Assembly: GCA_028715425.1 (NCBI GenBank)
Contig: JAQURW010000001.1
Location: 1-34,578, forward strand
Reading direction: 5' to 3'
From: Candidatus Omnitrophota bacterium
GTDB taxonomy: Bacteria > Omnitrophota > Gorgyraeia > JABMRN01
DNA: 34,578 nt
The position numbers and the translations under genes are program-made. The notes under the pieces were generated by a model that was given only the letters and a program-made list of their open reading frames with translations, did no database searches and had not been told where the DNA came from. Below are positions 26,743 through 34,578 of this stretch, one piece after another; the first letter of the stretch is position 1, and each line of letters opens with the position of its first letter.

Positions 26743-27119
26743 GGCGACGAAGCGGACCGGGTAATCGCTCAATCCCCGCGAGGGGCATGGGAGGAAAGTC
26801 CGGGCTCCAAAGGGTGACGTAGCGGCTAACGGCCGCCCGCTGCAAGGCGAGGATCAGACTCACAGAGACGAGTAAGCATGTCTTCGGATATGCGGACGTG
26901 AAACGCGAGAATCTCTACGTGGAGCAAGGTCAAATAGGTCCCGATTCAGGAACGACCCGTTCCTAGAACTTCGGTTCTGTCGGGACGGGTAGACCGCTTG
27001 ATCCCGTCAGTAATGACGGGGCTAGATGGATGGTTACCGGCCCGTCGGTATTTAAACGCAGTATGCTTAAGTGCCGGCGAGGCGCACAGAACTCGGCTTA
27101 TAGGTCCGCTCCGTCGCTC
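26743..27119 (+). ncRNA. rnpB: RNase P RNA, bacterial type A
   Basis: Universally conserved P4 strands GGGAGGAAAGTCCGGGCTCC and GCACAGAACTCGGCTTATAGG. P1 pairing is GCGACGAAGCGGACC (26744..) with GGTCCGCTCCGTCGC (..27117). The GGTAATCGCT and GGCTAACGGCC elements are present. Ends are approximate to a few nt. Confidence 0.9.
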
Positions 27120-27248
27120 CTTCTGCAAAAAAAATATATTTCATTCCGTCGGCACGTCAACATATAGTAGCCTCTGAAACAATAACCACAATAGTTAGTA
27201 GTCCCGGATATCTGAAATAATACCGTCCCAAAAACCCCGGTTCCAGCC

Positions 27249-27276
27249 TTGACAACAGCCCATTATATGATATATT
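27249..27276 (+). promoter_or_regulatory. Candidate Pmra promoter of the dcw cluster
   Basis: TTGACA at 27249..27254, 16-nt spacer, extended -10 TGa+TATATT at 27268..27276. Confidence 0.55.
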
Positions 27277-27286
27277 TTTAATTAAT

Positions 27287-27313
27287 AGTGGAGTAAAGTG
27301 GAGGGAAGTGGAG
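27287..27313 (+). promoter_or_regulatory. Three direct AGTGGAG repeats at exact 10-bp phasing: candidate MraZ operator
   Basis: AGTGGAG at 27287, 27297 and 27307, separated by 3-nt spacers (taa, gga). They lie between the -10 box and the mraZ ATG, and the last repeat overlaps the SD. Confidence 0.65.
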
Positions 27314-27316
27314 TAT

Positions 27317-27772
27317 ATGTTTTACGGGGAATATCTCCATTCACTGGACAAGAAGGGAAGAATAATAATACCTTCAAAATTCCGCGCAGGAATGAAGGAA
27401 CACTATGTCGAGAAATTTTACATTACGCGCGGCCTCGATACATGCCTGTTCATGTTTGTCGAAGACGAATGGCGGACCCAGGAAGCAAAGTTCCGTTCGC
27501 TTTCATTTACCAAAAGAGAAGCCAGGCGCTTCAACCGTTTGTTCTTTTCGGGGGCAGTGGACGTTTTACCCGATAAGCAGGGCCGGGTATTGATACCGTC
27601 CTATCTCAAGGAATATGCCTGCATTAAGAAGGATATCGTTATCGTGGGTGTTTCAAATCGTGTCGAAATATGGGCCAAAGAAAAGTGGGAGGAATTTTAC
27701 CAGACATCCAAGGATTCGTATGAGGATATCGCGGAAAAACTCATCGACCTTGACGGTAAAGAAAAGACATAA
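27317..27772 (+). CDS. mraZ: Transcriptional regulator MraZ
   Basis: MFYGEYLHSLDKKGRIIIPSKFR and the second SpoVT/AbrB-like repeat LPDKQGRVLIPSYLKEYA. The ATG at 27317 gives the family-typical MF.GE N-terminus; the tracked GTG at 27308 is less likely. Confidence 0.92.
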   Translation: MFYGEYLHSLDKKGRIIIPSKFRAGMKEHYVEKFYITRGLDTCLFMFVEDEWRTQEAKFRSLSFTKREARRFNRLFFSGAVDVLPDKQGRVLIPSYLKEYACIKKDIVIVGVSNRVEIWAKEKWEEFYQTSKDSYEDIAEKLIDLDGKEKT

Positions 27773-27796
27773 CGCTGACAAGGAAGGCGGTGCATT

Positions 27797-27970
27797 ATGA
27801 AGGCTATATTTGTTCTGCAGGAAAGCGACGGCGTTGAGATACTGGACCCCAAGAACAACATAGAGCGGCTTAAACGGATGCGATCGATCAACTTGAAACG
27901 CGTAATCGGCACGGAATGGAATAAGGTAAAAAAAGTTTTAGATCTCAAGAAACGCTATAATGCGCTCTAA
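27797..27970 (+). CDS. Hypothetical 57-aa basic protein between mraZ and rsmH (below the ORF-track length cutoff)
   Basis: Hand translation: MKAIFVLQESDGVEILDPKNNIERLKRMRSINLKRVIGTEWNKVKKVLDLKKRYNAL*. SD AGGAAGG at 27781..27787 lies 9 nt upstream. The ORF fills an otherwise 187-nt gap and overlaps the rsmH ATG by 11 nt. Confidence 0.4.
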   Translation: MKAIFVLQESDGVEILDPKNNIERLKRMRSINLKRVIGTEWNKVKKVLDLKKRYNAL

Positions 27971-28877
27971 TAACGAGTATGCGCGGCATACACCGGTTCT
28001 TTTAGATGAAGTCATTGAATATCTTAAACCACGGCGCGGGAACATTATACTTGACGCGACGGTGGGGTGCGGGGGGCATGCCGAGGCGCTCCTGCGGAAC
28101 ATTGTGCCCGGCGGGTCGTTGATAGGGGTAGACCAGGATGAGGAGGCGTTGCATTATGCCGATGAATTACTTAAACGTAGCTACGCCTCCTCATACGTGG
28201 TTGTCAAAGGGAATTTCAGCGACATCGACAGGATACTCGGCGGCCGGGGGATCCGGGCGGTTAACGGCATGCTTTTTGATCTCGGTGTGTCGTCTTTGCA
28301 ACTGGACAACGCCGGCCGGGGATTCAGTATTATGAAAAACGGGCCGCTTGATATGCGGATGGACCGTTCGCGTGCGTTAACGGCATATGATGTGGTGAAT
28401 CGATATAGTGAGGATGCGCTGATGGCAATGATCAGGGACCTTGGCGAGGAACGGCATGCGCGTCGTATTGCGTCTTTTATCGTACGCCAGCGAAAGACAG
28501 GGCCGATAACGACGACTGATGAGCTTGCCGATCTTATCCGCAAAGCCGTCGGAGTCTGGTATCGGTCGCAGAAGATCCACCCTGCGACCAGGACATTCCA
28601 GGCCGTCAGGATCGAAGTGAATAATGAACTTGATATGCTGCGGAGGACACTTGAAAAGATACCGCTGTTTCTTCAAAGAGGCGGCAGGGCATGCGTGATC
28701 TCGTTCCATTCGCTTGAAGATCGTATCGTCAAACACGCCTTTCGCGGCCTTGCCGCAACCGGGGCTTTTACCGTTATTACCCGGAAACCGATCACGCCTG
28801 GACGAGCGGAATGTATAACAAATCCGCGTTCGCGCAGCGCAAAACTCAGGGTGATCGAAGCGGCAGGTACCCTATGA
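27960..28877 (+). CDS. rsmH: 16S rRNA (cytosine1402-N4)-methyltransferase
   Basis: HTPVLLDEVIEYL, DATVGCGGHAEALL, FDLGVSSLQLD, ISFHSLEDRIVK, NPRSRSAKLR. Confidence 0.94.
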   Translation: MRSNNEYARHTPVLLDEVIEYLKPRRGNIILDATVGCGGHAEALLRNIVPGGSLIGVDQDEEALHYADELLKRSYASSYVVVKGNFSDIDRILGGRGIRAVNGMLFDLGVSSLQLDNAGRGFSIMKNGPLDMRMDRSRALTAYDVVNRYSEDALMAMIRDLGEERHARRIASFIVRQRKTGPITTTDELADLIRKAVGVWYRSQKIHPATRTFQAVRIEVNNELDMLRRTLEKIPLFLQRGGRACVISFHSLEDRIVKHAFRGLAATGAFTVITRKPITPGRAECITNPRSRSAKLRVIEAAGTL

Positions 28878-29248
28878 GGTCCTCTACCATACCCAGATTT
28901 TTTATCTTAACATCCCTGGCATCTGTTTTTTTCCTTTTATATGTCCATCAGAACATATCCATCGTTATGCTTGGTTACGACGTAAGCCAGCGTGAGCGCT
29001 GGCTCTCCTATTGTGTTGACCAGCATCGGCACTTAGTGTATAATCTAAATTCATTGGAATCGCCGTCGGTTTTAAGCGCGAAACTCGGTTCAAAAAATAT
29101 AGAACTTGTACAGGCGGATGCCAGACACATTTATTATGCGTCGCTGCCGGCAAAAAAGAAGATCGTGTCTCGCAGCGCTAAGACCGGCGTAAAGAAAAAC
29201 ATATTTGACACATTTACCGCGGTCGCGGAAGCAAAGTCGTCGCGGTAA
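28874..29248 (+). CDS. ftsL: FtsL-like single-pass cell-division protein
   Basis: Called from position between rsmH and ftsI, an ATGA overlap with rsmH, and one N-terminal TM segment (FFILTSLASVFFLLYV) followed by a polar region. No family motif was recognised by eye. Confidence 0.55.
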   Translation: MRSSTIPRFFILTSLASVFFLLYVHQNISIVMLGYDVSQRERWLSYCVDQHRHLVYNLNSLESPSVLSAKLGSKNIELVQADARHIYYASLPAKKKIVSRSAKTGVKKNIFDTFTAVAEAKSSR

Positions 29249-29269
29249 AACTGATCATCATACAATCCC

Positions 29270-30943
29270 GTGCACATCATACGTACCAGACGACGACAAA
29301 AGATAGTATTTTTTTTTATAGCATTCCTTTTTGTTATCCTTACGCTCCGTTTGGCGGCACTTCAGATAGTTCTTCATAAAAAATATGTGCAGAAGGCGCT
29401 CCATCAGCATACCATGCTCTTAAAAATACGGCCTATGCGGGGAACGATCTTTGACGTTAAGCGCAGGGTGCTTGCCCTCGATACCAGTATTAACAGCGTT
29501 TATGCCGTCAGCCGTTCTATTGACGATAAGGAAGCGGTTGCCGTCAAACTCCAGAAAATACTGAACCTGCCCCGTCCGTATCTTATGGACCGCTTAAATC
29601 GTGACAAGGCCTTTGTATGGATCAAGCGAAAGATAAGCGATACCGAGCAAACGGCGCTTTTTAAAGCAAACATAAGCGGCATCGGTCTCCTTCCGGAAAC
29701 AAAACGTTCGTATCCGAACTCTAAGCTTCTTTGCCAGGTCATCGGGTTTACGGATATGGACAATCACGGCCTTGAGGGGCTTGAGAGCACCTACGACGAG
29801 GTTCTTAAAGGCAGGGACGGCTACAAACATATCCTTAAGGATGCGCGGCAAACGTACATCTCGTTCGACGGCGAAGACCTGCCGGCCAAGAACGGCTATA
29901 ACCTGATATTGACCGTCGATGAAGTCATCCAGCAGATCGTCGAAGAGGCCATGGGCGATATTGTACGCCTTTATCATCCGAAGGGTATCATGATCATAGC
30001 GATGGACCCTTATTCGGGGCGTATCATGGCTATGGCAAATTATCCGGAATTTGATCCCAATGAATCGAAAATGCGGACCGCGTCTTTCTTCAGGAACCGG
30101 TCTATTACCGACAGCTTTGAACCGGGGAGTGTCTTTAAGATCGTCACGGCAAGCGCCGTCCTTGAGGAAGGGGTAGTCAAGACGACCGATATGTTCGATT
30201 GCGAACGCGGCGAATATCATATAGGGAAGAAACGAATCCTGCATGATTACCATCCGTACGGGATATTGTGCTTCAAGGATGTTATTGTCAACTCAAGCAA
30301 TATAGGTACGGTCAAGGCCGCATCGCGGCTTGGTAAGGACAGGATGTTCGATTACCTGAATAAATTCGGTATGGGCAAAAAGACCGGCATTGATCTGAAA
30401 GGCGAGGAGAACGGGATCGTCCGCCATAAAAAAACATGGACAGATTCCGATATGACAACGGTGCCTATGGGCCAGGGCCTTTCGGTCACCCCGATACAGC
30501 TTGCTGTTGCGATATCTGCCATTGCTAACGGCGGCCTTCTGATGCAGCCCTACATCGTCAGACAGGTCGCTGACGCGACCGGCAATGTTATTCTGGAGCA
30601 TAAACCGGTTGTCAAAAGCCGCGTTATTTCCGAAAAGACTTCACGGACTATGAAAGAGATCTTACGGGAAGTGGTCGAACGGGGTACCGGCAAACAGGCG
30701 AAATTGGACGGCTATACGGCATGCGGTAAGACCGGGACCGCGCAAAAGGTCGGCGGAGGCAAGCATTACGAGGAAGGAAAGTTTGTAGCCTCGTTTATCG
30801 GGTTTGCCCCGGCAAAAGACCCGAGGATGACGCTGGTCGTTTGCGTCGACGAGCCAAAGGGAAACCATTTCGGCGGTGTTGTTGCGGCGCCGGCTTTTCG
30901 CACGATCATGCAAAAGGCATTAAAATACCTGGAAGTAAGCTAG
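29270..30943 (+). CDS. ftsI: Class B penicillin-binding protein (peptidoglycan D,D-transpeptidase FtsI/PBP3-like)
   Basis: N-terminal TM anchor, then SxxK (GSVFKIVTAS), SxN (NSSNIG) and KTG (GKTGTAQK) motifs. The GTG start at 29270 has no clear SD, so the exact start is uncertain. Confidence 0.88.
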   Translation: MHIIRTRRRQKIVFFFIAFLFVILTLRLAALQIVLHKKYVQKALHQHTMLLKIRPMRGTIFDVKRRVLALDTSINSVYAVSRSIDDKEAVAVKLQKILNLPRPYLMDRLNRDKAFVWIKRKISDTEQTALFKANISGIGLLPETKRSYPNSKLLCQVIGFTDMDNHGLEGLESTYDEVLKGRDGYKHILKDARQTYISFDGEDLPAKNGYNLILTVDEVIQQIVEEAMGDIVRLYHPKGIMIIAMDPYSGRIMAMANYPEFDPNESKMRTASFFRNRSITDSFEPGSVFKIVTASAVLEEGVVKTTDMFDCERGEYHIGKKRILHDYHPYGILCFKDVIVNSSNIGTVKAASRLGKDRMFDYLNKFGMGKKTGIDLKGEENGIVRHKKTWTDSDMTTVPMGQGLSVTPIQLAVAISAIANGGLLMQPYIVRQVADATGNVILEHKPVVKSRVISEKTSRTMKEILREVVERGTGKQAKLDGYTACGKTGTAQKVGGGKHYEEGKFVASFIGFAPAKDPRMTLVVCVDEPKGNHFGGVVAAPAFRTIMQKALKYLEVS

Positions 30944-30944
30944 T

Positions 30945-32393
30945 ATGAAGAAACTGACCTATCGGGGCGTCACCGTGAGCGGGATCGCGCTAAATTCGCG
31001 CGCAGTCAAACGCGGCGACCTCTTCATCGCGATAAAAGGGGAGAAGGCAGACGGGCACGCGTACGTGGAAGATGCCGTCATGCGCGGGGCCGTTGCCTGT
31101 GTCGTGCAGGCTGACCGGTGGAAAAGACGCGGGCTTGCGATCGACGGCGCGAAACTGATCCGTGTCGGCGATACGCATTGCGCGTTGTCGGCGTTGTCGG
31201 CGCGTTTTTACGGGGAGCCATCAAAAAAAATGCGTGTTGTCGGCATTACCGGCACGAACGGAAAGACAACGATAGCGTTTCTTCTCGATAAGATCCTGAC
31301 AGACCTTGGTTTTTCAACCGGCATGCTCGGCACGGTCATATATAAGGTCGGTACCTCGTCCATACCCGCAGACCGGACCACGCCCGATGCGTTGTCACTT
31401 CAAAAATTCCTGGGCCGAATGGCCGATGCGAAAACCGATTTTGCGGTTATGGAGGTTTCAAGCCATGCGTTATGCCAAAAGCGGGTCGGCAAAGTATTTT
31501 TTGACCAGGCAGTGTTTACGAACCTGACCCCTGAACATCTTGATTATCATAAGACCATGCGAGATTATCTGCGTGCCAAGGCAATGATTTTCGACCAACT
31601 GAAAAGAGGCGGCACCGCGATTGTTAATAATGATGATCCAGCCGTCAGAAGCCTGAAACGCAGTATCAGCCGTAAGGTCCTGACCTTCGGCATAAAGGAC
31701 GGAGGAGACGTAGCGGCAAAGAATATACATTCGGATATAAACGGGTCCGTATTTAGGGCTGTTTTTCCCGATCGGGAATGCAGCATTAGGACACGGTTGA
31801 TCGGGAGACATAACATTTCGAATATACTTGCGGCGCTGGCCGTATCGTATGCAAACGGGCTGGATATCGGCAAGGTCGCCGAAAGTATCCGGTTATTCCC
31901 TGGCCCGCCGGGTAGACTTGAAGCGGTTGACCGGGGCCAGAATTTCACGGTGTTTGTGGATTATGCCCACACCAAGGATGCGCTTTCTAAAGTCCTCTCG
32001 GCGCTTCGGCCTTATGCCAGGCATTCCAGGCTTATTACGGTTTTTGGTTGCGGCGGGGACCGGGACCGTTCCAAACGGCCTCGGATGGGTGAGGTTGCCG
32101 TGCGGCTCTCTGATCAGGTGGTAATCACCAGCGATAATCCGCGCAGCGAAAATCCCTTAGCGATCATACGCGAGATCAGAAAAGGAATCGGCAAAGAATA
32201 TCGGAATTATAGTATAATACCGGACAGGAAGGCCGCGATACACAAGGCTTTATCTAACGCGCGCAACAATGATATCGTACTGATCGCCGGTAAAGGGCAT
32301 GAGGCTGTTCAGATCGTCGGCAATAAACAATATACCTTTGACGACCGTAATGTTGCACGAAAGATTCTCGATAGTCTGGCAGCCGGCCGATAA
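30945..32393 (+). CDS. murE: UDP-N-acetylmuramoyl-L-alanyl-D-glutamate--2,6-diaminopimelate ligase
   Basis: VGITGTNGKTT and the DNPR motif (TSDNPRSENP) indicate meso-DAP specificity. GCGGDRD..KR also present. Confidence 0.93.
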   Translation: MKKLTYRGVTVSGIALNSRAVKRGDLFIAIKGEKADGHAYVEDAVMRGAVACVVQADRWKRRGLAIDGAKLIRVGDTHCALSALSARFYGEPSKKMRVVGITGTNGKTTIAFLLDKILTDLGFSTGMLGTVIYKVGTSSIPADRTTPDALSLQKFLGRMADAKTDFAVMEVSSHALCQKRVGKVFFDQAVFTNLTPEHLDYHKTMRDYLRAKAMIFDQLKRGGTAIVNNDDPAVRSLKRSISRKVLTFGIKDGGDVAAKNIHSDINGSVFRAVFPDRECSIRTRLIGRHNISNILAALAVSYANGLDIGKVAESIRLFPGPPGRLEAVDRGQNFTVFVDYAHTKDALSKVLSALRPYARHSRLITVFGCGGDRDRSKRPRMGEVAVRLSDQVVITSDNPRSENPLAIIREIRKGIGKEYRNYSIIPDRKAAIHKALSNARNNDIVLIAGKGHEAVQIVGNKQYTFDDRNVARKILDSLAAGR

Positions 32394-32418
32394 CTACAGT
32401 TTTCAAGACAGGAATGCT

Positions 32419-33789
32419 ATGGATACCGCAGCGCTGGTCCTTGCAACCGGTGCCCGAACGCACAATTTTAAAAATATAAAGATCTCCCGCATCGCCATCG
32501 ATTCCAGGACATTACATCGGGGGGATTGTTTCATTGCGATCAAAGGCGACCGTTTCGACGGACATGATTTTGTCGTCTTGGCCGCCAGGGCAGGCGCTCG
32601 CTGTGTCATTATCTCGAATCGTTTTGCCGGACGTTACAAGAGATTCATCGCTGAACACCGTGACCTGCCGGTCCTTATCGTTCCCGATACCCTCCGTGCG
32701 TTAGGCGATATTGCGCACTATCATCGGATGCGTTTTTCCGTGCCGGTTATCGCTATAACAGGATCCAGCGGTAAAACAACGGTAAAGGAGTTGACCAGCC
32801 ACCTGTTGGGCGGATCCTGCACGGTATTGAAGACCGAAGGGACCAGGAATAATTTGATAGGACTGCCGCTTACTCTCCTCGGGATGAATAATACCCATGA
32901 TGCATGCGTTCTCGAGATGGGAACCAACGTACCGGGTGAAATACAAAGGCTTGCCGAAATAGCGGCCCCGACGATCGGCGTGATCACCAATATTGGCCCC
33001 TCCCATCTCGAAGGGCTTGGATCTATCCGGAACGTGTTTAAGGAAAAAAGCTGCCTTCTTCATGCATTGGCCCCGGCTTCCTGGGCAGTCCTTAATGGAG
33101 ATGATGCCCTTCTAAGGAAGGCTCATCCGCACTGCCGCATCAGTTATTTCGGCGTTGATCGTGCATGTCATGTGCGCGGCCTGGCAGTAAAGGCCGCGCA
33201 CGATGGCATCAGTTTTACGGTTGGAAGGATTCCGTTCACGATGGGGCTCCTGGGAATGCATAATATCGCTAACGCCCTCGCCGGTATCGGCGTCGGCCGT
33301 ATCCTTGGGCTTGATATGAAATCCATGGCCAAACGTCTCAAGGATTACGAAAATCCGCTTTCAAACAGGCTCTTTCGGATGAAGGCAAATAGGTTTTCGA
33401 TAATTAACGACAGTTATAATGCCAATCCACTGTCATTTAAGACAGCGGTTCAGTCGCTTATCCCCTTTAAACGCATGTGCAGATGTGTTATCATATCATC
33501 GGACATGCTGGAACTTGGTGTCCATGCGAAGAAACTTCACCGCGAGTGCGGGAGGATCGTTGCCGGGGCAGGGATCGGCTGCCTGGTGACGGTCGGCAAA
33601 CTTGCCGGTCACATATCCCAGGGGGCTGTTCTAGGCGGTATGGACCGGGAAAATATCTATCATTTCCGCTCCCGGGAGGAAGCCGAGAGATCATTGCCGG
33701 ATATTATCAAAAACGGCGATATGGTTCTGGTAAAAGGGTCGCGGACGACCCGCATGGAAAACATTGTTGAGGCACTGAAAAGGATATAG
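32419..33789 (+). CDS. murF: UDP-N-acetylmuramoyl-tripeptide--D-alanyl-D-alanine ligase
   Basis: IAITGSSGKTT, NDSYNANP. The ATG at 32419 gives the MDTAALV... N-terminus. The tracked start at 32299 overlaps murE by 95 nt and is rejected. Confidence 0.92.
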   Translation: MDTAALVLATGARTHNFKNIKISRIAIDSRTLHRGDCFIAIKGDRFDGHDFVVLAARAGARCVIISNRFAGRYKRFIAEHRDLPVLIVPDTLRALGDIAHYHRMRFSVPVIAITGSSGKTTVKELTSHLLGGSCTVLKTEGTRNNLIGLPLTLLGMNNTHDACVLEMGTNVPGEIQRLAEIAAPTIGVITNIGPSHLEGLGSIRNVFKEKSCLLHALAPASWAVLNGDDALLRKAHPHCRISYFGVDRACHVRGLAVKAAHDGISFTVGRIPFTMGLLGMHNIANALAGIGVGRILGLDMKSMAKRLKDYENPLSNRLFRMKANRFSIINDSYNANPLSFKTAVQSLIPFKRMCRCVIISSDMLELGVHAKKLHRECGRIVAGAGIGCLVTVGKLAGHISQGAVLGGMDRENIYHFRSREEAERSLPDIIKNGDMVLVKGSRTTRMENIVEALKRI

Positions 33790-33798
33790 GGGCCAGAT

Positions 33799-34578
33799 AT
33801 GCTATATGATCTTTTGTATCCGTTGCGCGAATGGTGGTTCGGTTTTAATGTCTTTAAATACATAACGTTCCGCGCGGCCATGGCGAGTGTTACGGCATTT
33901 TCGTTGACCCTCGTTTTCGGCCCGTTCATCATCGAGATGCTCAGGCGTCTTAAGGTCGGTCAGCATATCCGGCGCGAGTATGTCGAAGAGCTTTATCAGC
34001 AGCATAAGCATAAGGCAGGCACGCCCACCATGGGCGGGTTCATGATATTGTTCTCGGTCATGTTGTCGACCCTTCTTTGGGCGCGCCTGGATAATCAGTA
34101 TGTTATCCTGTGCCTTATCAGCATGCTCGGCCTCGGGCTTGTCGGTTTTGTCGATGATTATATCAAACTCATTCGTGAACGGAATATGGGATTGCACGCT
34201 TCGGCAAAATTTATCGGCCAGCTTATTGTTGCCGGATTTGTCGCCTATTACATTTACCGGTATACGGACCTCCCGCGGACGCTGACGATCCCGTTTGTAA
34301 AAGACCTTGTGCTTGACCTGGGTATTGCCTATGCCGGGTTCATCGTCCTGGTCATGGTCTCTGCAAGCAATGCGGTCAACCTGACCGACGGCCTGGATGG
34401 CCTTGCGATCGGCTGCGCGACTATCATCGCCATAGCCTATGCTATCATAAGCTATGTGACCGGTAACGTGATCGCGGCAGAATACCTCAACGTGTTTTAT
34501 CTGCCGGGGGCAGGCGAACGGTGCGTTTTTTGCGCCGCTATCGTCGGAAGCGGTTTGGGCTTTCTCTGGTTTAACAGC
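33799..34578 (+). CDS. mraY: Phospho-N-acetylmuramoyl-pentapeptide transferase, N-terminal 260 codons (3' end outside window)
   Basis: Hand translation is open to the window edge: MLYDLLYPLREWWFGFNVFKYITFRAA..., KAGTPTMGG, VDDYIKL, SNAVNLTDGLDGLA, GFLWFN. It is absent from the ORF track because no stop codon is reached. Confidence 0.93.
   Translation, partial: MLYDLLYPLREWWFGFNVFKYITFRAAMASVTAFSLTLVFGPFIIEMLRRLKVGQHIRREYVEELYQQHKHKAGTPTMGGFMILFSVMLSTLLWARLDNQYVILCLISMLGLGLVGFVDDYIKLIRERNMGLHASAKFIGQLIVAGFVAYYIYRYTDLPRTLTIPFVKDLVLDLGIAYAGFIVLVMVSASNAVNLTDGLDGLAIGCATIIAIAYAIISYVTGNVIAAEYLNVFYLPGAGERCVFCAAIVGSGLGFLWFNS

Noticed and set aside
26946-27128. A 60-aa minus-strand ORF.
   Set aside because: It lies wholly inside the RNase P RNA gene.
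27298-27593. Alternative-frame ORFs 27298..27576 and 27405..27593, and the GTG start at 27308 for mraZ.
   Set aside because: They overlap the strongly supported mraZ frame. The family-typical N-terminus MF.GE starts at the ATG at 27317.
1-34578. I scanned for CRISPR arrays, long tandem repeats, IS element ends, rRNA genes and multi-gene defence-like clusters.
   Set aside because: No regularly spaced direct repeats with spacers were seen, nor any transposase or integrase-like ORF. There is no unassigned coding block longer than about 250 bp on either strand.

Overview
This 34.6-kb window is a compact bacterial chromosomal segment made up almost entirely of core housekeeping genes. I cannot assign a taxon from the sequence alone. 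I call 31 protein-coding genes, 30 of them on the + strand, plus three tRNAs (Pro-GGG, Met/Ile2-CAT, Val-CAC) and a type-A RNase P RNA (rnpB).

Gene content in order:
- gpsA (5' truncated) and tRNA-Pro.
- A tightly packed string: hom, thrC, an ApgM-like protein, lysC, cimA, valS, rluB, nadC.
- uvrB, birA, rsmE, mtaB and a TPR membrane protein.
- A NIF3-like gene, dnaG, rpoD, a 2H phosphoesterase and rlmI.
- A short AT-richer, accessory-looking patch: an orphan Cys-rich secreted peptide, a lone minus-strand Xis-type HTH gene and two tRNAs separated by structured spacers.
- A COG1579 zinc-ribbon protein, RNase HI and rnpB.
- The start of the dcw cluster: mraZ, a small ORF, rsmH, ftsL, ftsI, murE, murF and mraY (3' truncated).

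I found no CRISPR array, transposase, integrase, toxin-antitoxin pair or recognisable multi-gene defence or novel system. No stretch of unexplained coding capacity is large enough to hide one.

The items worth a second look are small-scale:
1. Inverted arrays of a heptanucleotide repeat around the uvrB promoter.
2. Two related composite hairpins between tRNA-Met and tRNA-Val.
3. rnpB lying 23 nt behind RNase HI.
4. Three perfectly phased AGTGGAG repeats (candidate MraZ boxes).
5. An untracked 57-codon ORF bridging mraZ and rsmH.
6. An ApgM-like gene occupying the thrB slot.
7. An internal SD plus ATG in lysC.
8. A half-site array in the hom leader.

All functional calls rest on motif recognition by eye. 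No database search was run.
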